From Raja brachyura (Eukaryota): a DNA stretch of 64,000 nucleotides. The position numbers and the translations under genes are program-made. The DNA lies in assembly GCA_963514005.1 (NCBI GenBank), contig OY740808.1, positions 23,746,001 through 23,810,000 on the forward strand, given 5' to 3'. Shown here one piece after another: positions 14,481 to 26,733 of this stretch (positions are counted from its first letter, which is position 1; every line of letters starts with the position of its first letter). The notes below the pieces were generated by a model. The model had not been told where the DNA came from and made no database searches. It saw only the letters and a program-made list of their open reading frames with translations.

Positions 14481-14990
14481 GAAACTATCCTCCTCTATCC
14501 AGAAGTGTGTAAAATGAGATACAGGAAATAAATGAGATGTGGCCAAGATGTCCCACTCATCAGATCCAAAAAATTAGTTCTGTGGCTGCAAATGTACAAA
14601 CATCACTATTTCTGGCCCTTCTTTGACTCTTCCCTTTCTGGATCTTCCCCGTCTTCATCTCAGGGGATAGACTCAGAGCAAATATCTATTATAAGTCTAA
14701 AGAGTCGTGAAGCTATCTCAACTATACTTCCGAATTACACAAGGACCTCATTGCGTCCTGTTTAAAACTCTCACTATTACAAATAGTCCAAAGGGTACCG
14801 ACCCAAAACGTTATCTATCCTTGTTCTCCATAGATGCTACCTGACCCGCTGAGTTACTCCAGCAATGTCATTTTTAGTAAACCAGCATCTGAGGTTCCTT
14901 GTATCTCATGTTTAATATATTTGCATGTTGAGGCAGGTTACCCCAAATCACATGACAAAACTTGCACCTTAGCTGTAATTTATCACTTAC

Positions 14991-15080
14991 CCGTCTTATT
15001 TCTGCAGTTGAAAATCCAGAGTTCTTCAGCTGTTCACATTCCTTGTGTAAGGTTTTGAACCCTTCTACTAATTCCTCATA
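14991..15080 (-). CDS. IFT81: IFT81 coding exon 4 ([30 protein letters not shown])
   Basis: AG/GT bounded, 90 nt; lies within ORF 14874..15086. Confidence 0.96.
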
Positions 15081-15335
15081 CTGCAAACATAAACCAGAAT
15101 GATTCTTAAACTCATTTCTGCCAGCTTCAATATCCTATAGATTTAAACAAATCTAGCTTGTTTTATTCTATTAGTGTTTGTAATTAATTATGAAACAAAG
15201 GTGAACTAAATATTGTATATGAACAATTAACAGAGTAAAATACAAATTGGAGCAATTGGAGAATATAAATAAATAAGCATCCATGCTATGTTATAGTAAC
15301 AATCCATACTCTGAATGACAGGTATAACTACGCAC

Positions 15336-15516
15336 CTGATGATAAGTGTCAGACACCACATCATCCTGCAGAAAGTCGGCAGGGATCTCCACCTTGACAA
15401 GAAAGCGTGCCAGATATGCTCTCTTTTTAAGATCATTTGTTCGTTGTAGGAGCCAATGTAAAATGGGATGTATTATAGACTTACTCCCGGTGACCAGACC
15501 TGGTCGAAAGGCATTC
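15336..15516 (-). CDS. IFT81: IFT81 coding exon 3 ([60 protein letters not shown])
   Basis: AG/GT bounded, 181 nt; lies within ORF 15291..15542; [11 protein letters not shown] motif of IFT81. Confidence 0.96.
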
Positions 15517-15597
15517 CTGGAGCAATTAACACAGTAGCACAATCAGATTTATCAGTCAACCGGCCCTTTGAAGTATAACATCCAACTATCACAACTA

Positions 15598-15960
15598 GAA
15601 ACAAGGAACTGCAGATGCTTGTTTACAAAAAGAGGAACAAAAGTGCTGGAATAACTCAGCAGGTCAGGCAGCATCTCTGGAGAACATGGATAGGCGATGT
15701 TTTGGGTCAGGACCCGTTCTTCAGACTGATTGGTCTAATTTTGTTTGTAAACCAGCATCCGCAGTTTCTGGTCACAACATTTTACTGCTCCACTACAAAA
15801 TCTCCCCAAGATTTGCCCACTTTGAAATAGTCTTCTCCTCTCCCTGACAGACAGTCTGAAGAAAGGTCCCGACCTGAAATACCACCTATCCAACCATGTT
15901 CTCCATGAGATGCTGCCGAACCCCGAGTTACTCCAGCACTTTGTGGCTTTCTTTGTGGAT
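15598..15960. repeat. Penelope-derived fold-back repeat (similar copies near 14790, 23590, 24550, 38200, 52228, 52510, 52850, 61235, 61755)
   Basis: GGAACTGCAGATGCT...TAACTCAGC.GG.CAGGCAGCATCT arm plus its reverse complement. Confidence 0.75.
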
Positions 15961-17088
15961 TAATTTTGCAATAAAGTTGCAAATGAGATAACATGAAATT
16001 ACAAGCTGCTTTTGAGTATTTTTTTTATTCTCCTTTATTTGTTGAAGGTAATTCAAATATTTTATCGTATTAATATTTGCTCTTCATTAAATAATTGGCT
16101 AAAAGAGACTGTAGATGCTGAATCTGGAGCAAGAAAATGAACTTGGAAGAATTCAGTGGGTCAAGCATAGGTAAAAAGATTGTCTCGAAGCAGGGTCTCA
16201 GCCCGAAACAATGAATATTTTGCTTTTGTGCTCCAAAATTATTAAATATAGTTGTACTTTAAGGGCACATTAGAATTACAAATTAAAACATACATTTTTT
16301 AAATAATATCTTGCTTTAAATTTTAAACAAAGTAGATCTTACTAATGAGAATTATTATTTTTCCAAAATTCTCATGAAGCAAAGTGATCTTAACACAGGC
16401 TTGCAATCGTCTATATATTGAATATCCTCTGCCAGTTCAGTCGAAGACCATGCGGAGAATGTAGGATGAAATATGCAGCTCCTGTTACACAGCCAAAATA
16501 AACTGGAAGATTTTAGCCAAGTAGCCACTTCAATTATCACACTGGTAGATGATGACAGCATCCTCCTAATTTCTTTCAACTGCTCCGGTTGTATACAAGA
16601 TCTAATCAGTGCGACAAAAATTCCTCTTTTGTTCTTTTCCAAAGATAGGTAAAGAAATAAGTGCACAGTAAAACAACAAAGGAAACTACTGAATACCAAT
16701 TAGGTAATCAAGAGGAAACATTTGGATGCTTGGTAGAGAATTGGCACTTGAGACGTAGTAAACAGAGCACTCAATAGTAAAATGCAAATCCAAAACTGCA
16801 TTCTGATAACAACTTACATTGAAATAAGTTATTTATTCCTGACTAATCCGTCCTTACTTGGTCTTCCTTTTTTCCATAACAGTATATATTCTAAATGGCG
16901 AACACACAGCCAGAAGATTATTTTATGTATTGACAGTGCTTCCTCGATGATTGCATGCCCAATTAGTGGATATAAGGTAATAAAGAGAGAAGAATAAAAA
17001 CAGGTTACCTCAAACCTGACCATTTTTCCCACTGAAGAAAAGGGAAAATAAAACAGCTAAAGGGAAAAATAGTGAAATAAATACCTAC

Positions 17089-17192
17089 AGATCAGAAACA
17101 TTTCCTGGTGGCTTGTACTTCAGAATTCCCAGAAGGCTAAACATTCGTTTGGCTGTTTGATCTGGTGCTTCCTCTCGTATGTCGATATTGTG
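17089..17192 (-). CDS. IFT81: IFT81 coding exon 2 ([35 protein letters not shown])
   Basis: AG/GT bounded, 104 nt, phase fits neighbouring exons. Confidence 0.95.
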
Positions 17193-19114
17193 CTACCAGA
17201 AAAGACACATATATTGTTATTAATATTTGATGTAAAATTTGGTATTTGCATGTTTAAATTATAGAGAAGTGGGTGAATGGGGACTGAGTGGTGTAAATCA
17301 TTGGAGATGGGAGAGTGATAAGCATGTGAGAGTTTCTATGATTCGCCTTACAAACAGTTTTGTACTGTAAAAATGTTATGGGAATTAGACAATTGCTCCT
17401 TTAATGGTAAAGACAATGTGCAACTAAATTAAACATGCCAGATAATCCCATATCTAATTCCTGAGTTAATGAGATAATTGATTGAGTGAGGATGCACCAT
17501 TAGTTATAGTGCCCCATACCTGGATAATAACTAGGGAAAACAAAAGCAAAGTATCACAATACTGATTGTAATCAAGAAAAAAGTGTTAAAATGCATTTGT
17601 TGATATCAATGAAAATAGGCTGAGGTTATTTGTGGTGGCTCTACAACTGAATACCTTGGCACTATTCAGCTGTCCTAACTTCATGCACAAAGAACAACCT
17701 TATCGAATACAATGGAATCAATGTTTTATACAAGTGAAATGTTATAAAAAACATGTTTGTTCAAAGTCTGATACTTCTGACTGCAATGCCTTCCATCAAA
17801 TCTGTTAAAGGCAAAACATTCAAAAACACATAAAAACTATTTAAAGCAAAAGAACATCAAAAATGAAAAGGTTTAAAATGAAATCCAAATCTCTTCAGAG
17901 TAGTTTTAATTATTAAGTAAACGATAACGATTTATCTCGTATCATCCCTCCAATCACTTGTTTAAAGAATAAGTTCACAAGGTTTAACCTGGTGAGGGAT
18001 CCAAGCTAATATGCCATACTGTAAATACTGACAAGTCTCAGAAAGTCCCAGTTCATTGCTGGGTAACCACCAGGCACGAATCAAAAAACAAATTGACATG
18101 AGAAATAAAATCCAGGCTCCCATTAACTTAATTGTTTTGGCAACCTTCTAAATCATGGACGATTTACAATCAGAGTTGTTTAAGAATAAGGGGTAAGCCA
18201 TTTAGAACGGAGATGAGGAAACTCTTCTTCACACAGACAGTTGTGAGTCTGTGGAATTCTCTGCCAGTTCTCTGGATACTTTCAAGAGAGAGCTTGATAG
18301 GGCTCTTAAACATCGCTATCTTTATCTTTCAGGGGATATGAGGAGAAGGCAGGAACGGGATACTGATTAGAGATAATCAGCCATGATCACATTGAATGGC
18401 GGTGCTGGCTCGTAGGGCCGAATGGCTTACTCCTGCACCTATTGTCTATAATTTTCACTATGGCCAAATTTTGTGTGGCACACATATTTTTGCAGGCTTT
18501 TGTGCTGGAACAAAAGTGTGAAAACTAAATCCTTACCAAAATAATGACAATATGAATTTCCTGGCACTCAAAGGTGTTTACAAAAATATCTCTAGATTAA
18601 TCCAATTTTCAATTTCATATATGAGCAAAGTTCTGATCCATTTGCTTTGACATGATGTATTACTGCGGATTGACATATTCTGTGAGAAAATGTAATGGAA
18701 TCCGATATCAATAGTAATTGGAAAACTATATCAAATAATTAGCACATTAGCCATTAAATGTGCTACCATAAAGCAATCCCCAGACTGGCGAGAGCTGTGC
18801 AGCCAAACAAAGAGAGAGAGGGGAGATAGCAACTTCCAATACATCTAACAGGTAATGATGAGAGATTTAAGGATCCAGGTGGTCTCTCATCATACACCAC
18901 AGGTGCTTCCCATTCCTCAGCAATGCACGTGGTCACTATGCCTGCTTAAGTGCGGCCCTGAGCATCACATCGGTAGCACTATCTATATGTTATAATTACC
19001 TATTTTAGTGCTAATCCATTAGCACTTGTGTATCTGAGGAAAGTATCTTGCACATTAAGCAACATACAAATGCGCCAGTTAGGGTGTGGCAGCTCCATTA
19101 TTCTTTAAACATAC

Positions 19115-19258
19115 CTTTGGATCAATCTCAGCCAGAACTTCATTGAGAACCTGTAGCAGCTGCAGTGGCTCTAATGAATCAAAGGTGATCAAGTTGAAAT
19201 TTTTCTTGAAGGGGTCCTTATTGAGCTGTTCTACAACAAACTTGATCTGTTCACTCAT
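19115..19258 (-). CDS. IFT81: IFT81 first coding exon ([48 protein letters not shown])
   Basis: ATG at 19258-19256; 144 nt to GT donor; AG acceptor at 19271-19270; translation closely matches the vertebrate IFT81 N-terminus. Confidence 0.96.
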
Positions 19259-20408
19259 TTTAGTTGGTCCTGAAAGAAAACAAAAGCGTGTAATTCATAG
19301 ATGATCAACTCTTTTTGGTATCAAAATGTAAGTGAACTTTCTAGAGTATGACAGACCTTGAAGAAACATGCAGATTATTTCATTTTAGATTCCCTCAGCA
19401 AACTAATAAACGCTAGAAACAGTTCAAATGCACAAATATGAGTATAACATTTTGAGGGGGAAATAGAATTGATTGGATGACTGGAGCTTAACCTGGCATT
19501 AGTTCTGTCTCTCTCACTTTTCCACAGAGGTTGCCAGTAATTTAAAATAAATCTAGACACTGTTAATGATGCAAACAAAACTATCAGATTGTTGTAAAAA
19601 ACCTACGTTCCTCACCAGTGTCATTCAAGAGATGAAATCTACCATATAAAGATTAAAGTCACACAAAATTAGAATAGAATATTGTTAGAATATTGTTTTT
19701 ATTAGAATGAGGAATAGAAGAACTTGGCCAAATTAGCAATTTACCTCATCCTTGTGATGTCTGTTTAGTAAGGAAAAGCATTCAAGAGTAAATTCACCAT
19801 CTCCTTCAATAAGTCAGCACAATCTTTGGCAGACTAAGCACCAGTGATTCCTGCATGCTATATGCTTTTGAGACTGGGACTACGTGTATACGTTAATTAC
19901 TGCAACAAAGCAAGACCTTATGACATTGGATAGAAGATGATTTCACAAAAATCTGATTGGGGATAAGTAAATAATATTTTACCATCATCAATGACGCCAG
20001 CCGTCACCAATTGCTGCTCACTTAGTATGTTTTTGTTGGTTTACTTCAACAAGCAACGTTTAACAGTTTCAAACTTATATTAGAATAAAATGTAGGCCAA
20101 ATTAAATATCCGAGGTCAGAAGAATCTTGACTGGGAAGACAGGTTTGACTTTAAATTGCGAACAGTTATTCAACCTTTCGGATTTTTTATGCGCTGGGTG
20201 AATATGACAGGACAACCAAATCTGTCGCGTGTTTACAGATAAACATTATATGACAATATAATATTAACCATCAGATGCTCGCTGGGTGCTTGAGGCCTCC
20301 ACTACTGGAGGAGGACCTGATGTCACGGGTTAGCAGCGCCCGCTTTTAATTTACCCACAACGTCAACTGTTGTAAGATTAAGTAAATAAATAACAACATA
20401 CAACTTAC

Positions 20409-20490
20409 AGGGGGATTTTTGTTCGGAATAATGTAAAACTCTTTGAACGAAGCTGCTTGGAAACCGCGAGTTGTTTACCGGAAGTAGCTT
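20409..20490 (-). other. IFT81: Putative non-coding first exon of IFT81 (start position approximate)
   Basis: Minus-strand donor GTAAGT at 20408-20403, just downstream of a CpG-rich patch with ETS and X-box motifs; the ATG exon has its own acceptor, so an upstream exon is required. Confidence 0.5.
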
Positions 20491-20524
20491 TTCTATGAGC
20501 GGAAACGAGCGGTTGCCAGGCAAC
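20478..20524. promoter_or_regulatory. IFT81 promoter: RFX X-box GTTGCCAGGCAAC (20512-20524) and ETS/GABP-type CCGGAAGT (20478-20485)
   Basis: Fits the X-box consensus GTNRCC(N0-3)RGYAAC typical of ciliary gene promoters; locally CpG-rich. Confidence 0.75.
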
Positions 20525-20741
20525 GAAGGCGCCCAGGCCGGCCGGCCGGCGCTCACAGGGCCGTTTAAACGATGCACTTTAACGGGTTTGCTTGTCCCCA
20601 CGCTGGAATATTACTACTAAAGCAACGGGTAAGAAATTAGTGTGTTCCTTTGCAAATAAAGAAGTGAGAAACGTTAGATATAAAGAGGATGGCATATCTA
20701 TCATAGTATCAGCACAGAAACAGGCCCTTCCCCCACAAAGG

Positions 20742-21776
20742 TAGCAATGTTACAACATTTTGAGATTTAAAAAATCAAGTCCGCAATTTATCCCATCAGA
20801 TAAAGCATAAAAAGAAGTTTAATTTGACACCTAATCCACTTTCATATCTTCTGTATTAAGAAAGTTATGACCATTTTCATACTCGGAAATTAGCATCTTG
20901 GTCCCCATTGCCTTTCAATTGACTTAACTCAAAAGCTGTGATCTAGAATCGTTAAAAGCCCATAACTTTGTTAAAAATGAAAAGAACTCAATGACATTTC
21001 CAGTTATTATAGATTGAAGCATTCTGAAACAATTATGAAACAATCTTACTTGGATGACCTGAAATTAAAGCATATAATTAGTTAGTTATCTAATTGTAGC
21101 TAATTACAAAATTCAATGAGTAAATCTAAACATCTATCCATTTCTTAAGAAAAGATAAACTTTTTTTAAATTGCCTAAGTGTTCAAATAACATTCACACA
21201 ATAATCCACAATATAACATAATTTTAAAATCTAATTTTCATGAATTTCTGGGCCAAATGGAAGGAACGTACTGTTTAATGCCTGTAAATTAATGGCCATT
21301 AAAATCAACTAGTGAGTGGGTTTTAGTGGAATGCGGTGGATTGGAACGTTGCGGTTTGCAGTGAAGTCGGTATGAAAAATACAGCCGGTTCATATATTTT
21401 TTTGGACCCCATTTCGCAACATGAAAATATTATTAAAGCCTCCATAAAAACCAACTTTTAATACAAAAAATAAACTATTTACCTTTTTTTCTCCCCTACG
21501 CAAAATCCTTCCCGTTATCGGCGCTCACGACTTTTGAAGGTGATTTTTAAATTACTCTAGATAATAAATAATCTAGCGTAATTTAAAAATACCTTCATTA
21601 ATGAAATGTCGGAGCAATTTTTCTTCCGCAACGAAATTGCCCGACATTGATCGATTTGCCCAATCTGTGGAAAAATGGCACTTTAAGCCTGCCCCCCTCT
21701 GAAAGGCGCCAAAGTCACGCACACGGGGAGCGGCAGAACTGAAGCGCTGCTCAAGGTAAGTTTTGTAACATACCTA
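20742..21776. mobile_element. ~1 kb non-autonomous TIR DNA transposon, copy 1 (TAG...CTA ends, 7-bp TSD)
   Basis: Ends TAGCAATGTTACAA / TTGTAACATACCTA; ACAAAGG duplicated at 20735-20741 and 21777-21783. Confidence 0.85.
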
Positions 21777-21925
21777 ACAAAGGTCGTGCAAACATGATGC
21801 CAAAATAAACTAAATACAATACAATATACAATACAATATTTTATTCCATGTCATTTGAACCTCAGTGAAGCTCAAACGAAACTCCTTTTCCGCAGCCATG
21901 CAAAGACAACTCCAACAAAACATGC

Positions 21926-23435
21926 AATCAAGTCTGCAATTTATCCCATCAGATAAAGCATAAAAAGAAGTTTAATTTGACACCTAATTCACTTTCATAT
22001 CTTCAGTATTAAAAAGGTTATTGTCATTTTCATACACGGAAATTAGCATCTTGTTCCCCATTGCATTTCCATTGACTTAACTCAAAAGCTGTGATCTAGG
22101 ACAGTCAAAAGCCCACAACTTTGTTAAAAATTAAGAGAACTCAATGACATTTTCAATTATTATAGATTGAAGCATTCTGAAACAAATATGAAACAATCTT
22201 ACTTGGATGACCTGAAATTAAACCATATAATTAGTTAGTTACCCTAATTGTAGCTAATTACAAAATTCAATGACTAGATCTAAACATCTATCCATTTCTT
22301 AAGAAAAGAAAAACATTTTAAAATTGCCTAAGTGTCCAAATAACATACACACAATAATTCACAATATAACATGGTTTTTTAATCTCATTTTCATGAATTT
22401 ATAGGCCAAATGGAAGAAATTTAGTGTTTAATTCCCATTAATTAATGGCCATGTGAGAGACAGAATGATTAAACCACATTGTGAGAGACAGAATGAGCAA
22501 ACCATCGTCCTTGGGAAGGGAATATTGTTTGAAAACAGGAGGAGATTGCTGATTAAGCTGTAACTGCAAGAAACTGGCTACTAGGCTAAAGGGGATTAAA
22601 TAGGTTATGTGAATAACTACTGCGCTTGCTTAATGAGGTAAATGAATATTGCTTATACGCCCCTGATCGGGAAACTGCTAATTACCATGAACATGCTATG
22701 TATGATCTGGGAAGTACCCTGGGCGTTACAGGAAGAGTGTGCACCTCAGCGCTCCGATTGGAAGGAGCCAGAAGGGGAGGCTGATTCAATGTAATGGTGT
22801 TGTATAAGGGGAGAATACTTTCTTGACCTTGGTGTGTCTCGGTTTGGAGAGGCACCCGATTCTGCAGACTCGTCAATAAAAGCATTTCTTGTTTCCACAG
22901 CTTTGTCTCTGGCATAGTGATTGTGGGCACCAAAAATACATCTCACAGCCATTTAAATCAACTTGTGAGTGAGTTTTTGTGGAACACGGTGGATTGGAAC
23001 GTGGCGGTTTGCGGTGAATTTAACCCAGTCGGCAGGAAAAATACTGCCAGTTCGTATATATTTTTTGTCCCCTTTTCACAACATGAAAATTTGATTAAAG
23101 GCTTCCTAAGAACCACGTTTTTATGTAAAAATAAACTGTACTTTCTTTTATCCCCTACGTAAAATCCTTTCTGTTGTCGGCGTTCACGGCTTTAGAAGAT
23201 GATTTTTAAATTACTCTAGCTAATAAATGATCTAGCGTAGTTTAAAAATACCTTCATAAAACAAATGTCGGAGCGATTTCTCTTTAGCAACGAAATCCCC
23301 TGAGATGGATCGATTTGAATGGTCTGGAGAAAAACGGCATTTTAAACCCGCCCCCCTCTGAAAGGCACCAAAGTCGCACACACGGGGAGTGGCAGAACTG
23401 CAGCGCCGCTGAAGGTAAATTTTGTAACATACCTA
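21926..23435. mobile_element. Copy 2 of the same TIR element, left end truncated and interrupted by a solo LTR
   Basis: Colinear with 20775-21776; ends TTGTAACATACCTA at 23435. Confidence 0.85.
22452..22947 (+). mobile_element. Solo LTR (Gypsy- or ERV1-like)
   Basis: TGTGAGA...TCTCACA termini; 4-bp TSD GCCA at 22448-22451 and 22948-22951; TATA-like TATAAG near 22803 and AATAAA near 22875. Confidence 0.8.
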
Positions 23436-23846
23436 CAATAAATCTCCTTTATCATGGCCCTCCATATCAAAAATTACAGCATAATCTTGATCAACTAGGC
23501 AAATGTGCTGATGGCTGGTTAATAGAGTTTAATGCAAGTAAGTGTGAGATGTTGCAATTTGGAAGTCAAATAAGGATAGTACCTTTTGTAGGAAGGAACT
23601 GCAGGTGCTGGCTTAAATCGAAGATAGACACTAAGCTGGAATAGACAAAAATGCTGCAAACGTTTCTCCAGCACTTTTGTCTACCTTCGATTTTCCAGCA
23701 TCTGCAGTTCCTTCTTAAACACTAAGCTGGAGTAACTCAGCGGGACAGGCAGCATCTCTGTAGAGAAGGAATGGGTGACGTTTCAGAATTGAGACCCTTC
23801 TTCACAGTGCAGGATAAACTGATCTCCTCTGCTTGCACGTGATCTA

Positions 23847-24527
23847 CAGTGGCTTGCGAAAGTATTCATACCCTTTGAACTTTTCCACATTTCATAACGT
23901 TATGACCACAAACGTAAATGTATTTTATTGGGATTTTATGTGATAAACCAACACAAAGTGGTGCATAATTGTGAAGTGGAAGGAAAATGATACATGGTTT
24001 TCAAATTTTTTTACAAATTAAAAAACTGAAAAGTGTGGCGTGCAAAAATATTCGGCCCACTTTACTCTGATACCCCTAAATAAAATCCAGTGCAACCAAT
24101 TGCCTTCAGAAGTCACCTAATTAGTAAATAGAGTCCACTTGTGTGTAATTTAATCTCAGTATACATGCAGCTGTTCGGCGAAGGCCTCAGAGGTTTGTTA
24201 GAGAACGTTAGTGAACAAACAGCATCATGAAGCCCAAGGAACACACCAGACGGGTCAGGGGTAAAATTATGGAGAAGTTTAAAGCAGGGTTAGGTTATAA
24301 AAAAATATCCCAAGCTTTGAACATCTCACGGAGCACTGTTCAATCCATCATCCGAAAATGGAAAGAGTATGGCACAACTGCAAACCTACCAAGACATGGC
24401 CGTCCACCTAAACTGACAAGCCGGGCAAGGAGAGCATTGATCAGAGAAGCAGCCAAGAGGCCCATGGTAACTCTGAGTGGTAAATGTGGAAAAGTTCAAG
24501 GGGTATGAATACTTTTGCAAGCCACTG
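23847..24527 (+). mobile_element. Internally deleted Tc1 element retaining the N-terminal DNA-binding domain ORF (24227..24508)
   Basis: TA|CAGTGGCTTGCGAAAGTATTCATACCC ... GGGTATGAATACTTTTGCAAGCCACTG|TA; GYKKISQALNISRSTVQSIIRKWK and GRPPK motifs. Confidence 0.92.
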
Positions 24528-25631
24528 TATATCCCTCCATATCCATGTGCCTGAAGAAGGGTCATGGCCTGAAACATCACCTATCCTTTTTCTCCAGAGA
24601 TGCTGAGAGACCTGCTGAGTTACCCCAGCACCTTGTGTCTTTCTTTGGTATAAACCAGCATCTGCACTTCTTGGTTTCTACATTAAAATGCACAAATGGA
24701 ATAACCAAATGAGGTAGAGTTAAGAGTATGTGGCAACGCCTCCGGGAATGGGCTGTGAGAAAGATGATTTGTTCTAAAATCTGGTAGCAGTGGGAAAGAA
24801 GCTATTGTTAAGGCTGGGTGTCCGGGCCTGAGCTTGTGTGTCTTCTTTCACAGATTGGAAGAGAGAAAAGGGAATGGCCAAGGTGACAGGCATCCTTGAT
24901 GAAACTTACAACCTTCCTGATGCAACATACTGTGAAGAAAGATTGGATGGAAGGAATAGGCCTGTGATGGACTGGGCTGCGTTCACCACTCTCTACAGAT
25001 TCAGGCAGTCAGGTGCAGAGCAGTTGCCACACCAGGCTGAGATTCATCCCATCTGGATACTCTATAGCCCATCTCTAGAAGTTTGAGTATTCTCGTGGCT
25101 ATGCCAAATCTTGTCGTGTGAGCTCAGTGGAGCAAAATTTAAAAGAGGTGTGTGTGGCAAGTTCTTTGACAAGAGAGTCTGGGTGTCTAGAACGTGTTGC
25201 CAGGGGTGGTGGTGGAGGCAGTTACGATAGTGGGGTTTAAGATAGGCACATGGATGTGCAGGGAACGGAGGAATATGCATAATGTGCAGGCAGATAAGAT
25301 GAGTTTAACTTGGCATCATATTTGGCACAGACATTGTGGGCTGAAGAGCCTATACTGTGCTGTACAGTTCTATGTTTTTGTGTAAAAGAAAGTAAATATG
25401 CTGATTTCCTTTAGTTTATTATTGTCATGAGTACCGAGGTACAGTGAAAAGGTTTTGTTTGCGTGCTATCGAGTCAAAGTAAAGACAGTCAAGCCACCCA
25501 CAGTGCCCAGTGCTAGATTTGTTTTACAGATTGTCCATTATTAGATCTTACTTTTAATTTTGTTGTACTCCTACTATTCGGAAAGGTAAGTTGGCAATGG
25601 AAAAATGGGTGTCAGCACAGGATCTTGTCAA

Positions 25632-26406
25632 GCAGAATAGAATATAATAGAATGCCATTTATTGTCATTTAAACATACAAGCTTCAAACAAAATTACGTT
25701 CCTGCAGTCATAACAGCAAAAAACCAAAACACACAATTAACCACAAACATCCATCACAGTGAATCTCCAAACACTTCCTCACTGTGATGGAAGGCAAAAG
25801 TCTATCTCTTCCCTGTTCTCTGTTCTTTATTCTTCTTCTCCCGCAGTCAAGCAGTCAAACTGCTGCATCAAGCTGATCGAGGCTTTGATGTTAGAGCCCC
25901 CGGAAGGCGATGGTAAGTCCCGCGGCGATGCAAGGCCCTGCTCCGGGTCGATTTAAACCCCTCGATTCGGGCGGGAGAAGTTGCCGTTGCTGGAGCTCCG
26001 AAAAGCGGTCTCCCATCAGGGACCCGTGAGCTCCCGATGTTACCATCCACAGGGCCTGCAGCCGGAGCCTCCAAAGCTCCGAGGTCAGGTCACAGCCGTG
26101 TGCCACCACAACGCTCCGAAGTCGGCCAGCTGCGCGATGGTGAGGCCGCAGGCTCTGCGACTGGAGCCCCAGGTCGATTCCGGTTGGAGGCCGCCAGCTT
26201 CATGATGTTAGGCCCCAACGACAACGGAGACTCGACAGGGAAAAGGTCGAGTCCCCGTGCAGGGAAGAGATTTAAAAGTCCCCCTCCCCCACGTATACAC
26301 AGCTAAAAATAAAATAAAACTAAAACCAAAAACATACACCTAACAGGACAAAAAGAAAGAAAAGACAGACGAACTGCAGTCGAGCCGTTGCCATAAGGCG
26401 CCGCCT
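25632..26406 (-). mobile_element. Non-autonomous LINE-derived element related to 916-1691
   Basis: (TTCTA)n-like tail and AATAAA on the minus strand; GC-rich 5' end GGCGGCGCCTTATGGC. Confidence 0.55.
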
Positions 26407-26733
26407 AATTGCAGATGCTGGGGATATGAAATAAAACACAAACTTGGGGCTGCAACTTTGAGAGGAATTTAGTGAAGTTTCCACAAACGCTGCCTAATCT
26501 GCTGAGCATTTGTTACTTTTATTTTAAATACGTTTGGTTCTCTACAATGTTCATGACACTGTTAAATGATACTGACCCAATTCCGCAAGTTTTATGAAAA
26601 AGCGAGGGAAATCAGGTTTTTTGTTTGAATAGTGTTTTGGAGGTGTTGGAAACAGGTCCTTTGGCCCATCGAGTCCATGTCCACCAGTGATCACCCATAC
26701 ACTAATTTACAGAAGCCAATTAACCTACAAACC

